DNA of 64,000 nucleotides from Octopus sinensis (taxonomy: Eukaryota). Each line of letters starts with the position of its first letter. Position 1 is the stretch's first letter. Positions 21,975 through 34,752 of the stretch are shown here, one piece after another. The stretch covers positions 56,358,001-56,422,000 of the forward strand of contig NC_042999.1 in NCBI RefSeq assembly GCF_006345805.1, in the 5' to 3' direction. The notes beneath the pieces are model-generated. The model had not been told where the DNA came from and ran no database searches. It saw only the letters and a list, made by a program, of their open reading frames with translations. Both the position numbers and the translations under genes were made by a program.

Positions 21975-22356
21975 TTGGAATGAATATATATTCACAGAAC
22001 AGGGGTTGGAACAAATATATATTTGCAGAGGTTGCAACGAATATATATTCACAGAACAGGGGTTGGAACGAATATATATTCACAGAACAGGGGTTGGAAC
22101 GAATATATATTCACAGAACAGGGGTTGGAATGAATATATATTCACAGAGGTTGGAATGAATATATATTCACAGAGGTTGGAACGAATATATATTCACAGA
22201 ACAGAGGTTGGAATGAATATATATTCACAGAACAGGGGTTGGAACGAATATATATTCACAGAACAGCGGTTGGAATGAATATATATTGACAGAACAGGGG
22301 TTGGAATGAATATATATTCACAGAACAGCGGTTGGAATGAATATATTTTCACAGAA
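21975..22356. repeat. 31-bp minisatellite (with shorter variants)
   Basis: Unit ttggaatgaatatatattcacagaacagggg, about 13 copies. Confidence 0.9.
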
Positions 22357-23694
22357 TGCTAGTATTCTTTTATAGGATCAAATGTCTTTTTGATGTAGAG
22401 AAAACCTAATGGCAGTGAGCTGGCAGAACCATTAGCACACCAGTGCCATTTCATCTGCCTTTATATTCTAAGTTCAAATTCCACTAAGGTAAATTTTTCC
22501 TTTCAGGAGTCAATAACTATAATTAACTGTTGAACATTGGGGTTGATGTAATCAACTTAAACTTTTGCTTTTGTATCACCATTTTAAACCCAATATAAAG
22601 TAAACCATTGTTGCAGAGTTTGTTTTTTTAAATAGTGGCAGACAAGGTGTGTTTATGAATTAACATTCCATTTGTTAATGCTCGTAAATAATTTATGTTA
22701 AAAGGACATTTGGTATTTATCTACCATGACCTTGATGTCCCACTTTAATAAAAGACAACCAATAAAGGGTGAATGAGTCTCTATTTTTGTTATTTGAAAA
22801 AACAATTCGTTTCCATGTTTTTGTTTTTATGTTTTCGTTTCTCATTGTGTTCAACATTTTTTTATGCTCTGTACCCATATATTCATGTATATATACATAT
22901 AAATGTTGGTATGTACATATATGTATGTATACATGCATATATTTATATTATTATTTATATTATTATATGATCGAACGCCACGCATCCTTTTCCAAGTAAG
23001 TTTTATCTTAATAATTATGATGCGCACTCTTCTTTACTATTTCTCCTCTGTCTATCTCTCCCTCTCTGGGTTTTCTCTCCCACCCTACCCTATTCTTCTC
23101 CTCTCCCCTTCACTGTTCCCTTTCTCTTACTCCTCCTCAACTCTCTCGTCACTGACACATGATGAGAGGGAAGCCATCTTTCCAACTGCTATCTTCACCA
23201 AGACCAGACCACTTATCCTATCTCTCTCATAAGTTGTCTCCTCAAGAGTTCAGAATAATTTTTCCATCGTCTCGGCTTAACAGCCCTCATCGTTTGTTTT
23301 TACTGAGTTATTCTCTTTGTTCTGTCTTTTACAGTTTTTACTGTCTTGTTTTGTTCTTACTGTTCCGTTCTTGTTACCACTTTTACCCCTCCGCAAAAAA
23401 TCCCAAATTTTATTTAATTTGCTTTGCGGGAAGGACTGTTTCAACGAAGTTGCGTCTTGTCCTTACCTTTGAAATGCGGAGTAGATGAAACAGGGACAAC
23501 TGAAGAAGGGGAATGTTCCTTGTGTTGCATGCCTTGTACTCTGCTTTTTCATTGTTTGAAAAAAAGTTTGTTTCCATGTTTTTGTTCCTCATTGTGTTCA
23601 ACATTTTTTTGATGTCCTGTACCCATATATGCATGTATATATACATATAGATGTTGGTATGTACATATATGTATGTAATAGATGAACATCAATG

Positions 23695-24151
23695 GAATTT
23701 GTATCTTTGTGGTACCAGTGCCGGTGGCATACAAGAAAACCATCCGAACGTGGCCGTAGCCAGTAGCGCATCGACTGGCCTCCGTGCTGTGGGCACGTAA
23801 CAAACACCATCCAATCGTAGTCGTTCGCCAGCCTCATCTGGCACCTGTGTCGGTGGCACATAAAAACACCATCCGAGCGTGGCCGTCTGCCAGCCTCGTC
23901 TGGCACCTGTGTCGGTGGCACATAAAAAACACCATCCGAGCGTGGCCGTTCGCCAGCCTCGTCTGGCACCTGTGTCGGTGGCACATAAAATCACCCACTA
24001 CACTCTCGGAGTGGTTGGCGTTAGGAAGGGCATCCAGCTGTAGAAACACTGCCAGATCTGACTGGCCTGGTGCAGCCTTCGAGCTCCCCAGACCCAGTTG
24101 AACCGTCCAACCCATGCTAGCATGGAGAGCGGACGTTAAATGATGATGATG
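23695..24151 (+). mobile_element. Family B element with ~61-bp internal tandem units
   Basis: cagcctcgtctggcacctgtgtcggtggcacataaaaa at 23829, 23891 and 23951. Confidence 0.8.
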
Positions 24152-24372
24152 ATATATGCATATATTTATATATTATTTATATTATATATATATATATACA
24201 TACTATATATATATATATATATATATACATACTATATATTATATATATATACATACAATATATATATATATATACATACATATATATATATTATATATAC
24301 ATACATATATATATATATATACATACATATATATATATACATACATATATATATATACATACATATATATAT

Positions 24373-24433
<61 letters not shown>

Positions 24434-26476
24434 ATATATATACACATACATACACACATGTGTGTGTGTGTATGTGCGTGTATATGTTTGTGTGTCTGTG
24501 TTTGTCTCCCTAACATCGGTTGACAACCGATGCTGGTGTGTTTACGTCCCCCGTAACTTAGTGGTTTGGCAAAAGGGACCGATAGAATAAGTACTAGGCT
24601 TACAAAGAATAAGTCCTGGGGTCGATTTGCTCGACTAAAGGCAGTGCTCCAGCATGGCCACAGTCAAATGACTGAAACAAGTAAAAGAGTAAAAGAGTAA
24701 AGAGTAAAGAGCACATAAGAATAACAAGAGAGAAGAGTGAACCTTTAAAGAGGAACCATTAAGAGGAAACGGTGTAGAGGCATTTTCAGGAATAATGCTG
24801 GTGTATTTTGGGAAAATATGGAATTTTTGAAGAAGGATGCTATGTCCTCTTGATGCTATGTGTTGATCTTGGTGTTGGGTGTTGTATTTTAGTAATACTA
24901 AATGGGACAAAAGTTCCCATTGCTGGATGCTTTCAGTTTCGATTTCAAAGATTTATGGTTGCCTGGCAAAAAGTATTTTGGTTTTATGTGGACAACCAAC
25001 GTCACCTTACTGGCACCTGTGCTGGGGGCATGTGTAAAAAGATTCGAGCGAGGTCATTGCCAGTACCGCCTGACTGGCCCACGTGCCGGTGGCATGTAAA
25101 AAGCACCCACTATACTCTCGGAGTGGTTGGCGTTAGGAAGAGCATCCAGCTGTAGAAACTCTGCCAAATCAAGATTGGAGCCTGGTGCAGCCACCTGGTT
25201 CGCCAGCCCTCAGCCAAAATCGTCCAACCCATGCTAGCATGGAAAGCGGACGTTAAACGATGATGATGATGATGAAGTTAACTGAGGTAATTGCATTCCT
25301 CTCTGAGTGAAGGTGAAGGCAGTGTGTGTGTGTGGTGTGTGCATTTGGTGGAGGGGAGACATGGAAGGATAGGATAAGGGTGGTTAATGCTTCAGCAGAA
25401 ATCAAACAGGATGAGTAACTGTCAGAGTGAAACTTGATCCGACATACTCGTCAGTGTATCCCATACTATAATCTATCTATATTCCACACATGATTAACAA
25501 AGATATTTATAAATATCAGAGAAGTTAAGGAGAAAAATAACTGCACAGAGTGCATTGTTAAGTGCAGGACTTTGGTAAAGAGAGAGGAAAGGAGAGTGTG
25601 TGTGTTAGGGGAAGAAAAAGTGTAGCAGGGTATATGGTGAGGGTGGTTTACAGTAGGTATGTTCTGAATGGAATAACAAACACCGCAGCCAATGAAATCT
25701 AGAATTGTTACGATAACGGTAAGGCTTCATGCATTAGTAGATCAATTATTGAGATAATTATAAATAAACAAGCCAACATAAGTAGCTTGTATGTGGATGC
25801 TCAGCGAGCTAGAAATAGCTATCACATCTCTCTTAAATTGCCCTCCACTGTATTAAAGAGAAAAAAAAGAATGGATACATTAAATAATGCAGTGCTAGGT
25901 GTCTGGGCAAGAAAAGAAAAGGATGGTTACTAAGATAAGTTTATTGAAACATAGCTGAACAATGGCTAAACAACAACACAAGATATGTGTATATGAGGGA
26001 GGTGGAGATGACAGAGAGGGAGAGAGAGATGGGGAGAGGGAGAGAGAGTGAGAAAGAGATGGGGAGAGAGAGAGTGAGAGAGATGGGGAGAGAGAGTGAG
26101 AGAGAGATGCGGAGAGAGAGTGAGAGCAAGAATGGAAAACAAGCGTTTGTTTTTATGCTTCACCTGAAGGAAAACAAAAAAGATAAGACGTCATCACCCA
26201 CCACTCAAGACACTTCACTCATGCCCACCACAACCATTGACTGGAACTACAGATGGTTTATTCCAATTAATCATAATCAAAATAATCAATCAAGACCGAC
26301 TAATTAAGAGTTAATAAAAATATACGATCATGTAATTAATCTTATGAACTGAACTGAATCATTAAACTTAATTAGAGCTATGATTTAATTAACTTATTGT
26401 CGTTGCTGTTTAGCCTATAGTCAGTCCTGACAGCAGAACTATGAATAAAAGTATTCCAACCACGCCCATCATGTTT

Positions 26477-26529
<53 letters not shown>

Positions 26530-27647
26530 TTGTGTATTTAGAACTAGATCATTCAATGCACTATTTACATTTCTTTCAGACAGTAGGGTGTAGTTTAAGA
26601 GGGTTAAGGCTGCTATTTCTAGTGGGTTGAGCATCCATGTAGAGGCTTGTAATTAACCTATAATTACAATTAGGTTCTATGGGGATGAATATTTTGGCAA
26701 TGAAAAAAATATAAATCACAACATGTCTGTAAAGTGGTTTGCATCAGGAAGGGCATCAAGGTGTAGTCAGCATGCCAAGGCAGACATTGGTATACGATGC
26801 TCATCCAATCTTGTCAAGCCATCCAAATCATGCCAGCATGGAACATGGATGCTAAATGATGAGGAAGATTATATATATATGTGTGTGTGTACATGTAGGC
26901 GTGGCTGTGTGGTAGGAAGCTTGCTTCCCAACCACATGGTTCTGAGTTCAGTCCAACTGCATAGCACCTTCGGTAAGTGTCTTCTACTATAATCTCAGAG
27001 CAACCGAAGCCTTGTGAGTGGATTTGGAAGACGGAAACTGAAAGAAATCCATCATATGTATGTATGTATATATATATATATATATATATAGTTAGAATTT
27101 ACAAAAACCAAAACAAAAGACGAAGACGGTTGTGTAAACAGCAAACAGATGTATTAGTTTAACAGTTGGGAAGCGAGAAAGTCTTTTACGTTTTGAGTCT
27201 ATGCTCTTCGTGGTGTGTGCATCACTAAAACTTGAGAACTACCCAACCGATTTCATTCAAATTTTACACATGCCTTACTTAGGGTCCATGCAGTGTCATG
27301 GGCCAAAAAAAAGTTCAACTCTTGCCTAGTGCATGCCTGGAACAATCTCTTATTTCTTACACTATTTCATTATTATGTGTCAAAAGTGAAATAATAACAT
27401 CTCTATTGTAATATTATGAGATACTTTCAGTTTTAATACTTTCAATATTAATACTGAAACTATTATCTCACTTACATATATACATGCATACATACATATA
27501 TATATATACTCTGCTATATCAGATTGGAGCCTGGAGCAGCCACCTGTTGCGCCAGTCCTCAATCAAATCGTTCAACCCACGCTAGCATAGAAAGCAGACG
27601 TTAAACGACGACGATGATGATGATGTGTATATATATATATGCATGTA

Positions 27648-27696
<49 letters not shown>

Positions 27697-28844
27697 CTGT
27701 GTTTGTTTGTACCCCCACCATTGCTTGACAACTGATGGTGGGAGTACAATAAAAAAACTATGCCGTTTTAATCCCAAGCAATGCTGGGTATCTCTGCTAG
27801 TACATATATATATATATATATATATATTCTTTTACTCGTTTCAGTCATTTGACTGCAGCCATGCTGGAGCACATGCTGGAAATGCTTAGCAGTATTTCAT
27901 CTGTCTTTGCATTCTGACTTCAAATTCCGCTGAGATCGACTTCGCCTTTCATTCTTTCGGGGTTGATAAATTAAGTACCAGTTGCATACTGGGATTGATC
28001 TAATATCCATCCCCATAGAACCTAATTGTAATTATAGTTTAATTACAAGCCTCTACATGGATGTTCAACCCACTAGAAATTTTGGGACTTGTATCTAGAG
28101 TACAAAAGAAAGTTTAATGCAACACAATCAACTGTCGGGATCTAAGTTAAGATTTCGTGTAATGATGTCACAGTTAGATAAAAACATACACCAGGCCTCC
28201 TGATTTGTAACCATGTGGTTTTGGTGTCAGTCCCACTGGATGGCACCTTGGATAAAAGTTTTCTATTATAGCCACAGGGCTGACTAATGTCATGTGAATG
28301 AATTTAGTAGATAGAAACTGTGCAAAGCTTGTTGTGCGTGTGTGTGTGAATCCATGTCAATGGTTACATTCTGCACTGAGCTGAGCTACGGACGGTGCCA
28401 TTTGCTTACATTTTCCTTTCAATGAATCATCCAGTAGCTCTGCACTTTCAACAAAGACAAACAGATTGAAAAATCTTTCTTACTTGAAAAGCGAGTGTTA
28501 GTAACTGGAAGAACATCAAATAATGTCTCAATAATATGCAATCTTCTGACCCATGCCAGCACAGAGAAATGGATGTAAAGTTAACAAAAAAACAAATGAA
28601 TGAGTGTGTGTGTATGTGTGCATACATATGTATGTGTATGTGTCTCCTTGTCTTGACATAGTATGGTAGTTATAAAAGAGTATTACTGTCATGCAATCTT
28701 CCATGAAAACATGTCTGGCCATGGAGAAATATTACTTTGCTTGGAAACAGGTGAGTGTTGGCAACAGGTAGGGCATTCAGCCATAGAAAATCTGCCTCAA
28801 CTAATTCAGTCCGTCCTATGCAAGCATAATAATAATCATCATCA

Positions 28845-29380
28845 TCATCATCATCATTTAACGTCCACTTTCCATGCTAGCATGGGTTGGACAATTTGAC
28901 TGAGGGCTGGCGAACCAGATGGCCACAAGAGGCTTCAATCTTGATCTGGCAGAGTTTCTACAGCTGGATGCCCTTCCTAACGCCAACCACTCCGAGAGTG
29001 TAGTGGGTGCTTTTACGTGCCACCGGCACGGGCCAGTCAGGCGGTACTGGCAACGACCTTGCTTGAATCTTTTACCCATGCCACCGGCACAGGTGCCAGT
29101 AAGGCAATGCTGGTAACGATCACGCTCGAATGGTGACTTTTACATGCCACCGGCATGGAGGCCAGATAGCCGCTCTGGCAACAATCACACTCGGATGGTG
29201 CTCTTAATACACTACTAGCACAGGGCTCGAGTGTCAGTAGGCAATGCTGGGAATGATCACACTTGAATGGTGCCTTTTAGGTGCCACTGGCACGGAAGCC
29301 AGTTAGGCGCTCTGTCAATGATCACACTCGTATGGTGCTTTTTGCACCCTGCTAGCACGGACGCCAGTCATCGATTTTGA
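28845..29380 (-). mobile_element. Family B element
   Basis: (CAT)n tail at the left, with several gtgccaccggcac units. Confidence 0.8.
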
Positions 29381-29484
29381 TTTTGATTTTGATTTTTGGT
29401 AGACACCAAAATGATGATCACACACGTGTAAATGGACACACACACACAAATACAACAGTTGAGCGACAGCACAACAACATACCT

Positions 29485-29714
29485 ATTTCTTTACTACCCA
29501 CAAGGGGCTAAACACAGAGGGGACAAACAAGGACAGACAAATGGATTAAGTCGATTACATCGACCCCAGTGCGTAACCGGTACTTAATTTATCGACCCCG
29601 AAAGGATGAAAGGCAAAGTCGACCTCGGCGGAATTTGAACTTAGAACGTAACGGCAGACGAAATACTGCTACGCTTTTCACCCAGCGTGCTAACAATTCT
29701 GCCAGCTCGTCGCC
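29485..29714 (-). mobile_element. SINE family C inserted next to the exon 4 donor, with target-site duplication
   Basis: Flanked by acaacaacatacct at 29471-29484 and 29719-29732. Confidence 0.85.
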
Positions 29715-29730
29715 CTGAACAACAACATAC

Positions 29731-29862
29731 CTTTTAGAAGTAACTGTGTTGACTGAAGACAGTTTTTGGATGCCATAATATGCAGAGGTGTGTTCTGGTA
29801 CATATCACATTTGTTGCTGTCCCAGCCTTTGTCTAGCAAGTGTTCCAAGATGTCTCTGAAAT
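29731..29862 (-). CDS. ASB-like gene, coding exon 4 (ankyrin repeats)
   Basis: Acceptor gctttcag|AT TTC (phase 1) and donor AAA G|gtatgt (phase 1). Encodes FRDILEHLLDKGWDSNKCDMYQNTPLHIMASKNCLQSTQLLLK. Confidence 0.9.
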
Positions 29863-29885
29863 CTGAAAGCAACAACAAGGATAGA

Positions 29886-30104
29886 CCCTTTAGCATTTAG
29901 ATTATTCTATCAAATGAAATGCTTATTTATTTACATTACTTGAAATTAATCCTGGATTATCTAGTATTTTTGAGATTTTGATGTTATAACTGTTTATTTT
30001 TTGAATAACATTGTAGGGTAGGTGTGAGAGGACAGATCTGGCCTGTTTGAACCTAAGCAGGTAGAATATTTTGGCCGGATATGGCCAGTTTAAATGCTAA
30101 AGAG
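29886..30104. mobile_element. piggyBac-type MITE
   Basis: Termini ccctttagcattt / aaatgctaaagag|TTAA. A related copy lies at 32068-32281. Confidence 0.65.
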
Positions 30105-32866
30105 TTAAGGCCATTGCAATGAAAGATGTGCATCTATGGGGGTTTGTTGAGTTTGTAAAGTAAGAAAGCAGATTTAGCACTTTAACAATTAGTAGAAGGA
30201 TACAACCCAAGAATGTGAAAAAATGCTTAGCTGTCAGTGGGAAGTGAGTATGACTTTGTAGTCGTTACCACACTTTTACTAATTGGTTTAATGGGCCTAT
30301 ATAGTCACGAGCAGACATTAAAATTCCTCTTAGCTTTCCCCACCATGCTTGACTCAGCAGAAAATAAAGGATGTAACAGCTGGAGCAAAGGGGGGGGCTG
30401 CTGTACTAACAGTCGGCTGGTACACATTTACAGTTAAGTAGACTGGAACAAAATGACATGAAGTACCATGCACAAAGACATGACACAACTGCTCAATCCA
30501 GGAAATGAACTCATGACCTTATGATTGTAGAACCAACACCCTAACCACTAGGCCATTTAACTTCACATTACATACTGAAGAATAACTAAAGAATACCACA
30601 AGCATTTTAAAATCTTTATGTTAGTGTCTGTAAAGAATTGCTGCTGGAAAAACTGGCATGGTGGTGACGGGGAGGGTGGGGTGGAGTTAGAATCTTAAGA
30701 AATTTTTTTTTTAAATTTCACTCTGTCGCTTACGTCAGTGACTACTTACTGTTTATAAAAGAGGGGGTGGGGTTGATTGAGGTGGTGTGAGGAAGAGACA
30801 GAAATGATAGTGACGAGGAGCACTGTATGGTAATTGTCCATTCATAAAATTTGTTAGGTAGTCACCATTAAACTATAATCTATATCTATATTGATTTTTC
30901 TTTTGTTTCCCTAGTGATTTCTCTAGTTATTGATTTCTGTAAATAAAATAATGAGTTGCTATTGTTTAGCCCTAGGCAGAGTTAGATCAGGTAGACTTAT
31001 GATCAAGTGCTTTCCAGTCTTTAACATCCTATCATATTTTTAAACAGTAGTATATCTCAGACTACATTCCTAGAAGTATCCCTTCCATTTTTTAAAGATG
31101 GTTAGGTGGGTATAATCTGAGCTTGATTTAGCTACTATTTCCAACAAGTCAAACAAGAGATCATATAGTGGTTCCCTTGTTGGCCCATGAAATATCGAGG
31201 CCTTAGACAAGTAACATGATGCACATACCCCACCATCAGCTTAGTCACTGCCGCTATTAAAATCATCCTCATCCTTATTGCCGTCGTCATCACCATCAGC
31301 ACCACCACCACATCATCATCATCATCATGATGATTTTATGACCATCTTCCAGGCTGATATGGGTAGAATGGATCACCATGATTCAAGTCAGTTCTTTGGA
31401 GTCTCTTTGACCCTAGACAGGTCAGGAGACTACATTTTGTTTAAACAATTCATTTTGAAAATGGTCCCTATGCCTGGATGTCCTTCCAACCAATTTTTGG
31501 AGTGTATTGAATGCATTTTCTTGTGGCAATGGCACTAAAGAAGTTGATATATCATTAAACATTCTAAAGGATCCTCTTGTCTCCAGACAATGGCTGTGTG
31601 CTAAGGTGTTTGCAGGCACAGACATAACCGTGTATTAAGAAGTTTGCATCCCAACCATATGATTCCAGGTTCAGTCCTACTAAGTAGTACCACCTTGTGC
31701 CATTGTGTGTGTTTGTGTTTGTCCCCCCATCACCAAATTATTCTTTCAAGAACTTACATAATTTGGGGCATCAACTCAATGCCTCTGTAGTTGTCTCTAC
31801 CCACCTCACCCTCTGTTTAATGCATCTCCTTTCCTCTTGTGACAATTATGATACAGCTATACCAGTCATTACATGTATCACCCCTCTGTACTACCTGACA
31901 TCCTATGTCAATAATTAGCACATGACCTAATTTGCTAGGCATTCTCAGCATTTTAACAACAAAGCTTTCCCACTCTGCTTTCATATCCTTAATGCATTTG
32001 CAAGTATATATGTATGTGTGCATCTGTGCATGTTAAATATCAGGTTATTATTTTAAAGCTAGTTTAACCTTTCAACATTCAGATTTCTTTACCGTAATGC
32101 TTATTGATTCACATAGTTTTGAATTAATCATTCATTATCTGGTAGTCTTGAGACTTCAATAATGGGGTTATTTATTTTTGGACTGACATTGTAGGGTAGG
32201 TTAAGAGTCTGGTTCTGGCCAGTTTGAATGTAAAAGGCTGAATATTTTGGCTGGATATGGTCAGTTTGAAATGCCAAAGAATTAATAATAATAACCAAAC
32301 ATTTAATAATAAGGTGACTTTATGTTGGGAGAAGAGTTGAATTTATTGTGAAGTCCCACTTATCTTGAACTTCACAAGGTGTGTGTATGTATGTGTTTGT
32401 GTGTGTATAAATATATCCTGGTTTGTAAAATAGTTACACTGCGCCCTAGTATTTGGCATCAGCAAAGGTATCCACCAATGAAACACTAGCTTAAAATGTC
32501 TATGTCCACCTTGTCCATCTTACATGCTGGCATGACTTGGACAAGTCATTCTGATTGTGTGTGGATGATTTTGCCCTTTCACCTTTCTGGGCTTGATTAA
32601 ATAACTACCTGTAATTATACTGGAGGTGAATTTGGATTTCACCAATCCTCGTTTGTTTCAATTAACTCGTTACCTTATTAGAATATTGAATATTGTCAAG
32701 GGATCTTGTGTAGCAAGTTACTCAGTAAATTCACTGGTGTCAGTGGAATGAAAAAGCAGCGAGTATTTTCTGATGTAGTTGGTGTTAGGAAGGTCATCCA
32801 CCTGAAGAAACTATGCCAAAGTATAGACTGGAGCTCAACATTGGATTCTTTCAAAACCATCTAGAT

Positions 32867-33081
32867 CAAGGATTCCTAACTGGTGGTTCCTGACTGCCTT
32901 GGGGGGTGGGGGTCATGAAGCCTTGGCAGTAGGGTCGCGTAGCCTTGCTAGAAGTGGCTTGATATAATAATAATTTCAACTCATCAATTACATTTTTTAT
33001 GCTCTGCTTAAAGTAGGGGACCATGTGGGTTTCAAGCTTTTGGGTAAGGAGTTGCGAATGCAAAAACGTTAGGAACCGCTG
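32867..33081. mobile_element. hAT-type MITE
   Basis: TIRs caaggattcctaac / gttaggaaccgctg, with a perfect 8-bp TSD atctagat at 32859-32866 and 33082-33089. Confidence 0.8.
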
Positions 33082-33647
33082 ATCTAGATGGATGCTAATG
33101 ATAACGAATTTTGGCACAAAGCATCAAATTTGGAAGATGGGGTATTGTTGATAATGTCAACCCCAGGACTTGATTGAATGTATATTTTATCAACCCTGAC
33201 AGAGTCATCTACAGCCGGATTTGAACTCAGAACATAGTCATTACTAAATACCAAAAGGTATTTTATTCCACATTTTTGCCAGTCCATTGCTCTATCATAA
33301 GAAATCATTATTTACTGTCCATTTTTTTATACTGGCATGGACTGGACAAATTGGACAGAATGTTAGGATTCAAACAAGCCACAGGGCTGCATCAAACTCT
33401 AAAGCCTGCTTTTGCATGGTTTCTAGGAGTCAATGCCTTTCCTAACCCTAACCACTTTACAGAGTGGATCAAATACTTTCGATGTGGCACCAACACTAGT
33501 GAGGTCGTCAACTTGCAAAACACAGTAGAGAAAGGAAAAGGAAAAAGCCTCCTTGACTGAGTGGGGGAGAGTATCTGGGAGAGAGGGGGCAGCTTTCTGA
33601 CAAGTGCTGGAAGTGGGGGTGGGGTGAAGTATGATACAAGCACAGAT

Positions 33648-33783
33648 ATACATTATATACATTTGACGGATATTTGTCCTCATCTTTGTTGTTGTTATAC
33701 CCTCCAGCCTTCATCAGGTGTCTTGCGGAAATTTCAAACCTGGGTTCTCATTCCTAACGTATTTTTCGTAGTTGTTGTTGTTA

Positions 33784-33821
<38 letters not shown>

Positions 33822-33909
33822 ATTATTATTATTATTATTATTATTCAGGAATCGAACTCAGAATCTTGGGGATTGTAGCCCATGCTCTTAAAACCACTAC
33901 ACCATATGC
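33648..33909 (-). mobile_element. tRNA-head + (AAT)n + hammerhead-tail chimeric element (hammerhead half deleted)
   Basis: Minus strand reads GCATATGGTGTAGTGG..GAGTTCGATTC, (AAT)n, ..caagacacCTGATGAaggctggagggtat[~20-nt deletion]aacaacaacaaagatgaggacaaatatccgtcaa. Confidence 0.75.
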
Positions 33910-33975
33910 ACAGATATCTTGCTCTCTTCTGTATGAAATATCAATAATCTATCAATAAGGTATTAACATATTGAC

Positions 33976-34054
33976 CTTTTATAGCTGCTTCATAAACCGG
34001 AGTAACTCCATATTTGTTTGACACATCTTTCTGACAACCAGCATCAGACAGAAT
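33976..34054 (-). CDS. ASB-like gene, coding exon 3 (79 nt; absent from the ORF track)
   Basis: Acceptor ttttcattttttcag|ATT (phase 0) and donor AAA G|gtcaat (phase 1). Encodes ILSDAGCQKDVSNKYGVTPVYEAAIK, continuing the ankyrin register on both sides. Confidence 0.88.
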
Positions 34055-34329
34055 CTGAAAAAATGAAAAAGAAAAATTCATAAATTGAAATTCCACACAA
34101 AAGAAGAGTGTATTGATTCTTTAGCAGTAAAATTAATGGTTCTGATGGCATAAACAATACTTTCTTTCCTCGAAAAATGTCTCAAAAAAAATCACCCGAG
34201 CCCTTTATGCAAAGGTGGACCTTCCACAAGTTTTAATACACCAAAAGCATTTTTCCAGATTAAGTGTTGCTGAAAATGGGATGCATCTAAATATACTAGT
34301 GTGTTTTTTATGTTATAAAATATGGCACA

Positions 34330-34752
34330 TCTGAGCGTGATTGTTGCCAGGGCCACGGATTGGCTCTCGTGCCGGTGGCATGCAGAAAGCACCATTCCAG
34401 CATAATCGTTGCCAGCATTGCCTTACCAACACATGTGCCAGTGGCATGTGAAAAATAACATTCGAGCATGATCGTTGCCAGTGCTGCTGGACTGGCTCCC
34501 AGGCAGGTAGCACATAAAAAACACCTTTTGAGCGTGGTCGTTGCCAGAACCACCTAACTGGCCCTTGTGCCATGACACATAAAAGCACCCACTACACTCT
34601 CGGAAGGAAGGGCATCCAGCTGTAGAAACTTTGCCAGATCAGATTGAGCCTGGTGCAGCCTTCTTCTGGCTCACCAATCCTCAGTCAAACCATCCAACCC
34701 ATGCCAGCATGGAAAGCAGATGTTAAATGACAACAATGATGATGATGATGAT
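34330..34752 (+). mobile_element. Family B element
   Basis: gtgccggtggca units and an (ATG)n tail. Confidence 0.75.

Noticed and set aside
21975-22356. CRISPR array
   Set aside because: The units are contiguous without unique spacers, there are no cas genes, and the context is eukaryotic.
25941-26307. ORFs over the GA-rich tract
   Set aside because: This is low-complexity (GA)n-derived sequence.
29855-29858. Alternative acceptor for exon 4, 7 nt downstream
   Set aside because: It would be phase 2, incompatible with the phase-1 donor of exon 3, and would break the ankyrin register.
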